In this document: positions 10,167 to 19,931 of the stretch, one piece after another
How the letters are laid out: each line of letters begins with the position of its first letter
Numbering within the stretch: position 1 is the first letter of the stretch
Assembly: GCA_963748015.1 (NCBI GenBank)
Contig: CAVVHE010000004.1
Span: 1,792,001 to 1,856,000 of the forward strand
DNA: 64,000 bases
Reading direction: 5' to 3'
Origin: Terriglobia bacterium
Lineage (GTDB): Bacteria > Acidobacteriota > Polarisedimenticolia > Polarisedimenticolales > JAIQFR01
Position numbers and translations under genes: made by a program
The notes under the pieces: model-generated
What the model saw: only the letters and a program-made list of their open reading frames with translations
The model's database searches: none
What the model was told of the DNA's origin: nothing

Positions 10167-12281
10167 ATGCAACGACCGCTCGCTCGCCTTGCCGCGTCCC
10201 TGCTTTCGATGCTCGTCGTGGCCGCGTGCGCCGGGACCGCGAAGCCGCAGGTGGCTTCCGCCCCCAAGCTCCCGGGCGAGGATCCCGCCCTCAGGACGGT
10301 CGCGGCGATCCTCCGGGCGGAGGATCGCAGGGTCGTGGACGGTGCGCTCCGGGCGGCGCTCTCCGACGCGGACCCCCGGCTGCGCGCCAAGGCCGTGCGC
10401 GCCGTCGCCCGCATCGCCGCCTCCGGGGCGTCCGCCGACCTCGTCGCGGCTCTCGGCGACGCCGAGGCACCGGTGCGCGCCGAGGCGGCCTTCGGTCTCG
10501 GCCAGCTCGCCGACTCCGCATCGCTCCCGCGCCTACTCGACGCGGCGAAGGACCCCGACCCTTCCGTGCGCGCGGCCGCCGCGGAGGCCCTGGGGAAGAT
10601 CCACGACCCTTCGTCCGCCGACGCGATGTCCGCGCTGCTCGACGACGGCGACCCCGGCGTGCGGGCCGGCGCGCGCCTCGCGTGCTGGAAGTACGCCGAC
10701 CCGTCCTTCGCGCTCGACCGCCTCATCCGCACGGCCAGCTCCGACCCGTTCCTGGAGTTCTCGGCGGCCTACGCGCTGGCCCGGCTCTCCGCCGCAGGGC
10801 TCGAGCCCGCGTCGTCGGGAGCGGTTCCGGGCCGGCTGCAGGACGCCGACCGGGGCCGCGTCCGCGAGCGACTCGTCGCGTTCGCGACGTCCCGGGTGCC
10901 GGAGGTCCGCATGCAGGCCGCCCGCGGGCTCTTCAAGCCCGTCGAGACCCGGGAGCTGCGCGCCCTCCAGAAGCTCCTTACCGACCCGGAGCTCGGCGTG
11001 AGGATCAACGCCATCCGGTCCCTGTGCTTCCCGGGAATGGCCCAGGAGACCTACCTGCAGTCCGCGCTCGATTCGGGAGTCGCGCCGCTGGTCGTCGCGG
11101 CCACGGAGGGGCTCGGCCGTGTCGGGACCCTCGCGGCAAGGGACCTGCTCGTCAAAGGGATGCTCAAGGAGCCGAACCTCTGGATCAAGGAGACGATGTT
11201 CGCCTCCCTCGGCAAGGTGGATCCGGAGATCGCGGCGGGGATCGCGAACGGGATGTCGAAGGATCCCGCTCCCGAGCTGCGCGCCGTGGCCGCGCGAAAC
11301 GTCGCCGGACGAACGGACGAGAAGGCCCGCGAGATCGTCGACCGCCTGCTCGCCGACCCGGACCCGCTCGTGGCCGTGGCCGCGGTCGCTTCGCGCGGCG
11401 GCGTGGACGGCCCTCTGTCGGACGTGCTCAAGGGAGCCCCGGCTTCCCCGGATCCGGCGGTGCGCGCGGCGGTGGCGCGCGTCGTGGGACTTCGGCTTCA
11501 GCGCCCCCGCCTCACCCCCGAAGAGCGGGACGAGGCGCTCGAGAGCATCGCGCAGCTCTGGACTCGCTCGGTCGCGGACAAGATGCCTCTCGCGAAGCTC
11601 GCGGTGCTCGAAGCCGCCGCGCGCGCGGGAAAGGATGCGAGGACGCGGGTCCTCCTGGTCGCGGGGCTCGATGACGCCGACCGGCTCGTCCGGCTCAAGG
11701 CGATCGAGAGCCTCCGCTCGGCGTTCGGAGAGGATCACGCGGATCGAGCGGGCGCCGCGTCGGAGCGTCCCATCGAGGACTACCTGGAGATCGTGCGGTG
11801 GGCGACGCAGCCGAGAGCCGCCATCGTGACCTTGGCGCGGGAGGGATCCGCCCCCGGGCGATTCACCATCTCGCTCGACACGGTGAACGCGCCCCTCGCT
11901 TCGTGGAACTTCGCGAAGCTCGCGGACCAGGGCTTCTTCGACGGCCTATCGGTGCACCGGGTCGTGCCGAACTTCGTCGTGCAGGACGGCGATCCCCGCG
12001 GTGACGGCAACGGCGACCCCGGCTACTCGATTCGCGACGAATTCAGCCGCCAGCGCTTCCTGCCGGGGACGGTCGGGATGGCGTCGGATGGGCCGGACAC
12101 CGCGGGAAGCCAGTGGTTCGTGACCCTCTCCACCCAGCCGCATCTCGACGGGCGCTACACCGCGTTCGGCCACGTGGTCCGCAGCCTCGACGGGGTGGTG
12201 AACCGGGTCCTGCCGAAGGACAAGGTGGTCAAGATCCGCAGCTACGTGGGGAACGGCACCGAGCCGCTGCCGCAGGAGTAG
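10167..12281 (+). CDS. Lipoprotein with HEAT repeats and a C-terminal cyclophilin-type PPIase
   Basis: Lipobox VAAC; repeated D.DP.VRA.AA.ALG; HRVVPNFVVQ.GDP, GTVGMA, GSQWFV, HLDGRYTAFG. Confidence 0.88.
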   Translation: MQRPLARLAASLLSMLVVAACAGTAKPQVASAPKLPGEDPALRTVAAILRAEDRRVVDGALRAALSDADPRLRAKAVRAVARIAASGASADLVAALGDAEAPVRAEAAFGLGQLADSASLPRLLDAAKDPDPSVRAAAAEALGKIHDPSSADAMSALLDDGDPGVRAGARLACWKYADPSFALDRLIRTASSDPFLEFSAAYALARLSAAGLEPASSGAVPGRLQDADRGRVRERLVAFATSRVPEVRMQAARGLFKPVETRELRALQKLLTDPELGVRINAIRSLCFPGMAQETYLQSALDSGVAPLVVAATEGLGRVGTLAARDLLVKGMLKEPNLWIKETMFASLGKVDPEIAAGIANGMSKDPAPELRAVAARNVAGRTDEKAREIVDRLLADPDPLVAVAAVASRGGVDGPLSDVLKGAPASPDPAVRAAVARVVGLRLQRPRLTPEERDEALESIAQLWTRSVADKMPLAKLAVLEAAARAGKDARTRVLLVAGLDDADRLVRLKAIESLRSAFGEDHADRAGAASERPIEDYLEIVRWATQPRAAIVTLAREGSAPGRFTISLDTVNAPLASWNFAKLADQGFFDGLSVHRVVPNFVVQDGDPRGDGNGDPGYSIRDEFSRQRFLPGTVGMASDGPDTAGSQWFVTLSTQPHLDGRYTAFGHVVRSLDGVVNRVLPKDKVVKIRSYVGNGTEPLPQE

Positions 12282-12284
12282 CGC

Positions 12285-12447
12285 TAGTGTTTCGTACCCG
12301 AAGTCCCGTTGACATCGCGGCCGTCGATGCGCCCGGCCTGCGAGGAGCGACGAGGGAGCATACCGGGAGTATTCGACCGAGGAGCGACGAAGCAGGCCGG
12401 GATGCAGCGGCGGCCGAATGCAACGCGACTTCGGGTACGAGACACTA
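12285..12447. mobile_element. MITE-like palindromic element
   Basis: TIRs TAGTGTTTCGTACCCGAAGTC / GACTTCGGGTACGAGACACTA (20/21 match); internal direct repeat CGAGGAGCGACGA x2; right end overlaps the stop of the HD-GYP gene. Confidence 0.65.
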
Positions 12448-13536
12448 CTCCCTCGCCGCGCGGAGCCGCACCTCGTGGGCCTCGAGGTCGCGCCCCACGC
12501 GCGTGCGGATCTCCGTCCAGACGTCCTCCCCGATCGAGAGGAAGGCGTCGGCGACCTTCGGGTCGAACTGGACGCCGGAGAAGCGGCGGACCTCTTGCCG
12601 GGCGTCGCCCACCGAGAGCGCGCGCCGGTAGGGGCGGTCCGAGGTCATCGCGTCGAACGTGTCCACCACGGCGAAAATCCTCGCCCCGAGGGGGATCTCC
12701 TCGTGCTTCAGTCCGCGCGGGTATCCCGAGCCGTCCCAGCGCTCCTGGTGGCAGAGCACGATGTCGAGGGCGGGCTGGAAGAACTCGATGTTCCGGAGCA
12801 TCCGGTAACCCATCTCCGGATGTTTCTGCATCTCGGCCCATTCTTCCGGGTCGAGCTTCCCGGGCTTCTTCAGGATCGCGTCGGGCACGCCGATCTTCCC
12901 GACGTCGTGCAGGATCGCCCCCCGCCGGATCCAGGACAGCTCGGGCTCGCCGACCCCCATCCGCAGCGCGACCTGCACGCCGTACTCCACGACGCGGAAC
13001 GAGTGCCCCTGGGTCTCGTTGTCGCGGTAGTCGAGGGCGGTCACCAGCGCCTGCAGCGTCGCCTCGTAGGATTCCTCGAGCTGGCGCGTGCGTTGGGCGA
13101 CCATCTCCTCGAGGTGGAGCTGGTAGGCGCGGTTCTCGAGGACCAGCCCGCGGCTCCGCAACGTCCTCTCGACGACGATCCGGACCTCCTCGATGTTGAA
13201 CGGCTTGGCGACGTAGTCGGAGGCGCCGTCGCGGATCGCGCCGATCGCCGTGTCCACGTCCACGACGCCCGTGACCATGATCACGTCGATGTCGCCGTCG
13301 TGAGCCTTGATCCTGCGCAGGAGGTCGATGCCGCTCTCGCCCGGCATGTCGATGTCCGACAGCACGAGGTGGACTCCCCCCTGCCGGACGATCTCCCACG
13401 CCTCGGCCGCGCTGCCCGCCGAGCGGAGATCGTAGCCGTACGCGTCGAGCGTGTCGGCGAGGAGCTCGCGCACCGAGAGCTCGTCGTCCACCACTAGGAC
13501 GCGGTTCCGCGGAGCGTTCCCACTCACATCGGGCAT
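12445..13536 (-). CDS. Response regulator with HD-GYP c-di-GMP phosphodiesterase domain (RpfG-like)
   Basis: Receiver VVDDE, DIDMP, KPF; HDVGKIG, HQERWDGSGYP, RPYR. Confidence 0.92.
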   Translation of the reverse strand: MPDVSGNAPRNRVLVVDDELSVRELLADTLDAYGYDLRSAGSAAEAWEIVRQGGVHLVLSDIDMPGESGIDLLRRIKAHDGDIDVIMVTGVVDVDTAIGAIRDGASDYVAKPFNIEEVRIVVERTLRSRGLVLENRAYQLHLEEMVAQRTRQLEESYEATLQALVTALDYRDNETQGHSFRVVEYGVQVALRMGVGEPELSWIRRGAILHDVGKIGVPDAILKKPGKLDPEEWAEMQKHPEMGYRMLRNIEFFQPALDIVLCHQERWDGSGYPRGLKHEEIPLGARIFAVVDTFDAMTSDRPYRRALSVGDARQEVRRFSGVQFDPKVADAFLSIGEDVWTEIRTRVGRDLEAHEVRLRAARE

Positions 13537-13617
13537 CTGCTGCGATCCTCCTGCGCGAGCCGTCTCGCGGGCCGAGCGAGAGCGGGATTCTATCCTGCGC
13601 GCGCGAGGCAGCCAAGC

Positions 13618-16600
13618 TCAGGTCACGTCCATCCAGCTCGAGCCGGTCTTCTGGTCCACGAGGAGCGGGACCGCGAGCGGGTGCACCTCCTCCATCAGCC
13701 TCCGCACGAGAGGCTCGACGGCCGGGAGCTCGTCGGTGGCGACCTCGAGGAGCAGCTCGTCGTGGACCTGGAGGAGCATCCTCGACCGCAGGCCGCGCTC
13801 GCGCAGCGCAAGGTCCACGCGCAGCATGGCCATCTTCATGAGATCGGCGGCGCTCCCCTGAACCGTCGTGTTGACGGCGGCCCGCAGCGCGGCCTCCTCG
13901 GCGGCCCGTCCCGCCCCGCCGCGAAGGTCCGGGAAGGAACGCACGCGGCCGAAGAGCGTCCTCACCTCGGTGGTCCTCCGCGCCTCCTCGCGAACGCGCT
14001 CGATGTACCCCTTCACCGAGCGGAAGCGGTCGAAGTAGGCCGCGATGAACCGTCTCGCGTCGGACCTCGGGATCCCCTGGTCGCGCGCGAGCCGGTTCTC
14101 CGACATCCCATAGAGGATGCCGAAGTTGACCGCCTTCGCGCGGCGGCGCATCTCGTCGGTGACCAGCGGCGGAGCCACGCCGAAGATCCGCGCGGCGGTC
14201 CGGCGGTGGATGTCCTCCCCGGCCTGGAACGCGGAGATCAGCTCCGGATCGCCGCACAGGTGGGCGAGCACCCGCAACTCCACCTGGGAGTAGTCCGACG
14301 CGAGGAAGACGAACCCGTCGTCCGGGACGAACGCCGCGCGGATCTTGAGCCCCATCGGGGTGCGCGCCGGGATGTTCTGGAGGTTCGGGTCCGACGACGA
14401 AAGCCTGCCCGTGGCGGCCCCCGTGGGATGGTACGAGGTGTGAACCCGCCCCGTCGCGGGGTTCACGAGCGACGGGAGGGCATCCACGTAGGTCCCCTTG
14501 AGCTTGGCCAGCTCCCGGTACTCGAGGAGCTTGCGTGCGATCTCGTGCTCGCCCGCGAGATCCTCGAGCGTGGCGGCGTCGGTCGAGGCGACACCGCTCT
14601 TGGCCGTCTTCCGGCCCGGTGCCAGGCCGAGCCGCTCGAACAGCACCTCGCGCAGCTGCTTCGGCGAGTCGACGTTGAACGGGACGCCGGCTAGGGCGTG
14701 GATCTCGTGGCGCGAGCGGTCGAGGGCCTCCGCCATCGCCCCCGACATCTCCCCAAGACGGCCGACGTCCACGCGGATCCCGTGCGCTTCCATCCGGGCG
14801 AGCACGGGCAGCAGGGGGCCGTCGATCTCCCGGTACAGGGCGCCGAGTCCCTTCGCCTCGAGGCGGGGCGCGAGAAGCTCCGCGAGGCGAAGCGCGACGT
14901 CCGCGTCCTCGGCAGCGTATTCGGTCACCCTCCCCACGTCCACGCGGTTCAGCGTGACCTGCTTCGACCCCGAGCCCGCGAGCGCCTCGTACTTGATCGT
15001 CTCGTGCGCAAGCAGGTCCCTCGCGAGGCCGTCGAGATTGAACGTCGGGCGGTCCGGCTCGAGAAGGAACGCCGCGACCATCGTGTCGAGGCGCCAACCC
15101 TCGACGGGAAGGCCGTGGCGCTCCAGCACGTGGAGGTCGTACTTCAGGTTCTGGCCGATCTTGCCGACGACGGGATCGGCGAGCACCGGTCCGAGGACCT
15201 CGCGGATCGTCTCGATCGGAAGCTGCTCGGGGGCGCCGAGGTAGTCGTGCCCCACCGGCACATAGACGCCCGACCCGGGCGTCCACGAGAGCGAGAGCCC
15301 CACGAGGCGCGCGCGGAGCGGGTCGATCCCGTCGGTCTCGGTGTCCACCGCGAACCGTCCGGCCTCGCGGCAGGCGGAGGCCGCGCCCTCGAGGTCGGCG
15401 CGGGAGAGCACGGTGCGGTAGTCCGCGCGGGAGGGCTCGGGCTCCGGAGCCGCGGCCGGCGCCTCGGGGGCCGTGGCGCCGGCTTCCGCCTCGGCGAGGA
15501 GCGAGCGGAACCCCATCTTCCGGTAGAGCGCGGCGAGCCGGCCGCTGTCGGGCGGCTCCATGACGAGCGCTTGCGCGTCGAACTCGACCGGCACGGCCCG
15601 ATCCACCGTGGCCAGCTCTCGCGAGAGCCTCGCCTGCTCCGCCTGGTCGCGGACCGACTGCCAGACCTTGCGGCCGCTCCCCTTCTCGAGGTCCTTGAGG
15701 GCCCTCGAGAGGTCCCGAAGCTCCTTGGCCGCCAAGCGTCCCGGCGTGCCCGCCTTGGATGGAAGCGCCGCGAGCGGCGCCCGGTCGAGCGCGCCGCGCA
15801 GCCCCTCGAGCCGCGCGCGGAACGCGGCGTCCGTCTCGACGACCTCGAGCTCGCGGACCCGTGCCGCAAGCGTCTCCGCCGCGATCCCCGCGGCGTCCGC
15901 CGTGGCTGCCGCGAGCGGATCCTCGCTGTCCACCGCCGCCAGCGCCTCGAGCAGCGCGTCCCGCGATTCGAAGACCGCGACCAGCCGCTCCGCGCGCGCG
16001 ATGACCTCCTCGACCCCGCCGTAGGTGGACACCATCGCGACCGCGGTCTTGTCCCCCACGCCCTGGACTCCGGGGATGTTGTCGACGGAGTCCCCCATGA
16101 GGCCGAGCACGTCGCGCACGCGCTCCGGGGGAACGCCGAAGGTTTCCGCCACGCCGGCGCTGTCGAGGCGCACGTTCTTCGAGGGGTTGAGGACGGTGAC
16201 CCCGTCCTCCACGAGCTGCAGGAGGTCCTTGTCCGACGCCACGACCACCACCTCGAATCCCGCCTCGCGGGCCAGCCTCGTGTAGGTGGCGATCAGGTCG
16301 TCGGCCTCGTAACCCGCGAGCTCGAGGACGGGGATCCGCAACGCGTGGCATACCTCCTTCGCGTAGGGAAACTGGACGTTCAGATCCTCGGGGGCGGGAG
16401 GCCGGTGCGCCTTGTACTCGGCGTAACGATCGTGGCGGAAGGTCGGTCCCGGAAGGTCGAACGCGACCGCGAGGTAGCGCGGCTTCTCCTCGTTGACGAG
16501 CTTCCGCAGCATCGTGGCGAAGCCGTACACCGCGTTGGTCGGCATCCCCTCGGCGTTGGAGAGCCCCCGGATCGCGTAGAACGCCCGGAAGAGCTGGGAC

Positions 16601-16647
16601 GTGCCGTCCACGAGGTAGACCGTCTTCTCGAGCGCGTCATCCACCAT
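13618..16647 (-). CDS. polA: DNA polymerase I
   Basis: 5' exonuclease LVDG..RAFYA, EADD, GDSVDNIPGV; 3'-5' exonuclease DTET; polymerase DYSQVELR, RRRAKAVNFGILYG, QVHDEL. Confidence 0.97.
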   Translation of the reverse strand: MVDDALEKTVYLVDGTSQLFRAFYAIRGLSNAEGMPTNAVYGFATMLRKLVNEEKPRYLAVAFDLPGPTFRHDRYAEYKAHRPPAPEDLNVQFPYAKEVCHALRIPVLELAGYEADDLIATYTRLAREAGFEVVVVASDKDLLQLVEDGVTVLNPSKNVRLDSAGVAETFGVPPERVRDVLGLMGDSVDNIPGVQGVGDKTAVAMVSTYGGVEEVIARAERLVAVFESRDALLEALAAVDSEDPLAAATADAAGIAAETLAARVRELEVVETDAAFRARLEGLRGALDRAPLAALPSKAGTPGRLAAKELRDLSRALKDLEKGSGRKVWQSVRDQAEQARLSRELATVDRAVPVEFDAQALVMEPPDSGRLAALYRKMGFRSLLAEAEAGATAPEAPAAAPEPEPSRADYRTVLSRADLEGAASACREAGRFAVDTETDGIDPLRARLVGLSLSWTPGSGVYVPVGHDYLGAPEQLPIETIREVLGPVLADPVVGKIGQNLKYDLHVLERHGLPVEGWRLDTMVAAFLLEPDRPTFNLDGLARDLLAHETIKYEALAGSGSKQVTLNRVDVGRVTEYAAEDADVALRLAELLAPRLEAKGLGALYREIDGPLLPVLARMEAHGIRVDVGRLGEMSGAMAEALDRSRHEIHALAGVPFNVDSPKQLREVLFERLGLAPGRKTAKSGVASTDAATLEDLAGEHEIARKLLEYRELAKLKGTYVDALPSLVNPATGRVHTSYHPTGAATGRLSSSDPNLQNIPARTPMGLKIRAAFVPDDGFVFLASDYSQVELRVLAHLCGDPELISAFQAGEDIHRRTAARIFGVAPPLVTDEMRRRAKAVNFGILYGMSENRLARDQGIPRSDARRFIAAYFDRFRSVKGYIERVREEARRTTEVRTLFGRVRSFPDLRGGAGRAAEEAALRAAVNTTVQGSAADLMKMAMLRVDLALRERGLRSRMLLQVHDELLLEVATDELPAVEPLVRRLMEEVHPLAVPLLVDQKTGSSWMDVT

Positions 16648-16702
16648 GTCTCGCCTCGCCGGGAATCATAGTGGAAATCCCGGGGTTGCCCACCCGCGGC
16701 TC

Positions 16703-17884
16703 CTACCCCTCCCGAGCGCGCAGGTAGGCCTCGCGGAACGGTATCCCTTCCTCGACGACGAGGCGATAGGCGCGCTCCGCGGCGCGGAGCGAGGGGTCGA
16801 TGGCGGCCGCGAGGCGCTCCCCGTCGAACTCGATCCCCGGCAGCACGAGGGCCAGGATGCGCGCCGTCTCGCGGACGGAGTCGAGCCCGCGGAAGAGCGG
16901 CTTCTTGATCAGCTGCAGATCGCGGTGGTACCCCGAGGTCAGCTTCGCGGTGACCGCGAGGACCTCGTGGAGCGCCGCGAACGCCTCGGCGGTCCGTCCG
17001 CGGGCGATCTCGAAGACGTCCGGATTGCGCTTCTGCGGGAGCATGGACGAGCCCGTCGTCGCTTCCGGCGGTATACGGACGAAGCCGAACTCCGACGTGG
17101 CGAACAGCGTGAGGTCCGCGGCGAGGCGTCCGAGGTCCGCGGCGAGGAGCGCGGCCTCGAAGAGGGCCGACGCCTCCGCCTTCCCGCGGGAGAGCTGCAC
17201 CGCGGTGACCGGCTCGTGGACCGAGCCGAAGCCGAGGGCGCGCGCCGTGAACTCCCGGTCGAGCTTCAGCACGGGAACGCCGTAGCCCGCGGCGGAGCCG
17301 AGCGGGTTCCGGTCGGCCCGGCGGCCCGCTGCCCGCAGCCCTTCCGCATCGTCCCGGATCTCGGCGGCGAAACCGGCCGACCACAGGCGCACCGTCGTCG
17401 GCATCGCCCGCTGCGTGTGCGTGTAACCCGGCATCGGGAGATCGCCTTGCTTCCCGGCGACGGCGTCGAGCGCCGCCGCGGCCGCTTCCGCGTCGGTGGC
17501 GAGCCCCGCGAGCTCCTCCTTGAGCCAGAGCCGGAGCGCGGCGAGCACCTGGTCGTTCCGCGAGCGCCCCAGGTGGACGCGGCCGCCCGCTTCGCCGAGG
17601 GCGGCGACCAGGCGATTCTCGATCGCGGTGTGCGCGTCCTCCTCCGAAAGCTGGACGCGCCACTCGCCTCGCGCGTGCGACTCGCCGATGATCCGGAGCG
17701 CGTCGAGGAGAGCGGAGCGGTCGGCCTCGCCGAGGTAGCCGGCCGCGTGGAGCATCTCGACGTGGGCCGACGAGGCCCTCACGTCGTGCGCGACGAGCCG
17801 GTCGTCGAGACGGTGGTCGTCCCCGGCGGTGTACCGCAGGACGCCGGGGTCGAGCGGCTCGCCCCGGTCCCAGAGCCTGGTCAT
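16703..17884 (-). CDS. argH: Argininosuccinate lyase
   Basis: HLGRSRNDQ, MPGYTH.QRA, GSSMLPQKRNPD, GYHRDLQ; ATGA overlap with argE. Confidence 0.93.
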   Translation of the reverse strand: MTRLWDRGEPLDPGVLRYTAGDDHRLDDRLVAHDVRASSAHVEMLHAAGYLGEADRSALLDALRIIGESHARGEWRVQLSEEDAHTAIENRLVAALGEAGGRVHLGRSRNDQVLAALRLWLKEELAGLATDAEAAAAALDAVAGKQGDLPMPGYTHTQRAMPTTVRLWSAGFAAEIRDDAEGLRAAGRRADRNPLGSAAGYGVPVLKLDREFTARALGFGSVHEPVTAVQLSRGKAEASALFEAALLAADLGRLAADLTLFATSEFGFVRIPPEATTGSSMLPQKRNPDVFEIARGRTAEAFAALHEVLAVTAKLTSGYHRDLQLIKKPLFRGLDSVRETARILALVLPGIEFDGERLAAAIDPSLRAAERAYRLVVEEGIPFREAYLRAREG

Positions 17885-18981
17885 GACGTTCCCCCGGCGG
17901 CCACGACGCCGCTGCGGACGATCTCCTCGACCGTCCGCCGGTAGAAGACGCACCCCTCGAGGATCTCGCTCTCGAGCACGAACTCGTCGGGCGTGTGCGA
18001 GCGCTCCGACCGTCCCGGCCCCGCCTTGACCCCAGGGATCCCGTCGAAGAACACGAGGTCCGACAGCCCGGCGGATCCGAAGAGGCTCGCCTCGGGACGG
18101 GCGCGCCGGACGGCCGCGACGAGAGGGTGACCGGCCGGGATGCCGCGAGGCCGAAGGCGGTCGCTGAGCACGCGGACCTCCGCGGACGCGGCCGCCTCGA
18201 TGCCGCGGACCAGCTCCCGCACGTCGGTCGAGGGATTGACGCGCACGTCGAGAATGCATCCCGCCTCGCCGGGAACGGCGTTGCGCGCCGTGCCGCCGCG
18301 GAGAACGGTCGGCTCCACCGTCACCGGCCCGAGGAGCGGGTCTGCCGGTCCGGGATCGATTTCCTCGATTGCGACGAGACCGCGGGCGAGGGCGCGAATC
18401 GCGTTCCTCGCTCCGAGCGCCCGCGCGTTGGCCGCGTGGCACGCTCGCCCCTCGGCGAGAAGCTCCAGGACGACGAGCCCCTTCTGCGCGATGGCGATGT
18501 CGAGACCCGTGGGCTCGCCGACGACGACGGCGCCCGGCGCGAGTCCCAGCCGGCGCAGCTCGGGCACCAGCTGCTCCGCTCCCTTCCCTCCCGTTTCCTC
18601 CTGGACCGTGAGCGCGAGCACCACTCGCGCGCCGAGGCGGCCGGCGTCCTCCCGCAGCCGCAGGAAAGCGCCGATCATCGCCGCCACCGACGCCTTGGCG
18701 TCGTTCGAGCCGAGCCCGTGCACGCGCCCTCCCTCGACCACGGCGCGGTGCGGGGGACGCGTCCAGCCCGGGCATGGCGGCACGGTGTCCATGTGGGAGT
18801 TGAGGCAGATCACCGGCCCCTCGCCCAGGGCGGTCACGAGGTTGTCGCCGATGCGGAGCGTCGAGACGCCGCGCTCTCCGAGGTAGGCCTCGAGACGGTC
18901 GCGCAGCGGCGCCTCCTCGCCGGAGAGCGAGGGGATCTCCACCATTTCCCGGTGGAGCGCGAGCAGCTCGGCGTCGGTCAT
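17881..18981 (-). CDS. argE: ArgE/DapE-family M20 deacylase (N-acyl-ornithine/citrulline deacylase)
   Basis: NSHMDTV, GLGSNDAK, QEE, GEPT, SHTPDE; located inside the arg operon. Confidence 0.85.
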   Translation of the reverse strand: MTDAELLALHREMVEIPSLSGEEAPLRDRLEAYLGERGVSTLRIGDNLVTALGEGPVICLNSHMDTVPPCPGWTRPPHRAVVEGGRVHGLGSNDAKASVAAMIGAFLRLREDAGRLGARVVLALTVQEETGGKGAEQLVPELRRLGLAPGAVVVGEPTGLDIAIAQKGLVVLELLAEGRACHAANARALGARNAIRALARGLVAIEEIDPGPADPLLGPVTVEPTVLRGGTARNAVPGEAGCILDVRVNPSTDVRELVRGIEAAASAEVRVLSDRLRPRGIPAGHPLVAAVRRARPEASLFGSAGLSDLVFFDGIPGVKAGPGRSERSHTPDEFVLESEILEGCVFYRRTVEEIVRSGVVAAGGTS

Positions 18982-19931
18982 GTCGAGGCGGGGGCCGCGG
19001 GGCCGCCCTGCTCCGCGAGGCTCAGGTCCGCCCGGCTCCGCACGACGAGCGTGCCGGCCCCCTCGTTCGTGAACACCTCGACGAGGAGCCCCTGCGGATG
19101 CGCGTGGCTCACCAGGTGCACCCGCCGCACGCCTCCGGCGAGCGCCGTCCTCGCCGCCTGGACCTTCGGCAGGATCCCCCCCTGGAGCGCGCCCTTCCGC
19201 TCGAGCGCGTCGAGCCCCTCGAGGTCGAGGTAGCTGATCGTGGACGCCGCGTCGCGGTGGTCCTCGAGGAGCCCCTCCGTGTCGGTGAGGAAGACGAGCT
19301 TCTCCGCCTCGAGGGCCGACGCGAGCGCGGCCGCCACGGTGTCCGCGTTGACGTTGAGGACTCGGCCGTCGTCGGCCGCCGACAGGGGGCTCACGACCGG
19401 GAGGAACCCCGCGGCGAGCAGCCTGTCGATCACCGTCCGGTCCACCGACACGATGTCGCCGACCTCGCCGTAGTCCACCGTGGCCGGCCCCTCGCCGAGA
19501 TCCACCGCGACCGGGGGCCTAACCCGCGCCCGCACGAGGCCCGCGTCGATTCCCGACAGGCCGATCGCCGGTAGCTGCGCGGCGCGGCAGGCGGCGAGCA
19601 GCGCGGTGCTCACCGTCCCGTTGATCGCCATCACCGCCAGATCGAGGACCTCGGGGGTGGTGACCCGGCGCCCCTCCACCATCCGCGTGGACACGCCGAG
19701 GCGATCCGCCAGGGCCGTCGCCTGCGCGCCGCCGCCGTGGACGAGGACGATCCGGATGCCCAGCTCCGAGAGGACCCCGACCTGCTCCGCGATCTTGCGG
19801 AGGGAAGCGGCGCTCGCGGTCGCGGCGCCGCCGAGCTTGATCACGAACACCCGCCCCCGGAACAGGCGAATGTAGGGGAGCGCGCGCCCCAGCGCGGCGA
19901 TCACGGTTTCTCGGTCGAACCCGCCGGTCAT
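18978..19931 (-). CDS. argB: N-acyl(acetyl)glutamate kinase
   Basis: ALPYI..F, VIKLGG, VHGGG, GRRVT, NVNAD; no fused GNAT domain. Confidence 0.92.
   Translation of the reverse strand: MTGGFDRETVIAALGRALPYIRLFRGRVFVIKLGGAATASAASLRKIAEQVGVLSELGIRIVLVHGGGAQATALADRLGVSTRMVEGRRVTTPEVLDLAVMAINGTVSTALLAACRAAQLPAIGLSGIDAGLVRARVRPPVAVDLGEGPATVDYGEVGDIVSVDRTVIDRLLAAGFLPVVSPLSAADDGRVLNVNADTVAAALASALEAEKLVFLTDTEGLLEDHRDAASTISYLDLEGLDALERKGALQGGILPKVQAARTALAGGVRRVHLVSHAHPQGLLVEVFTNEGAGTLVVRSRADLSLAEQGGPAAPAST

Noticed and set aside
15690..15995. Intein in polA
   Set aside because: No N-terminal Cys/Ser block, no His-Asn terminus and no homing endonuclease motif
12284..16351. 1355 aa ORF and many other long Arg/Gly/Pro-rich ORFs
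   Set aside because: Shadow frames of real genes in high-GC DNA
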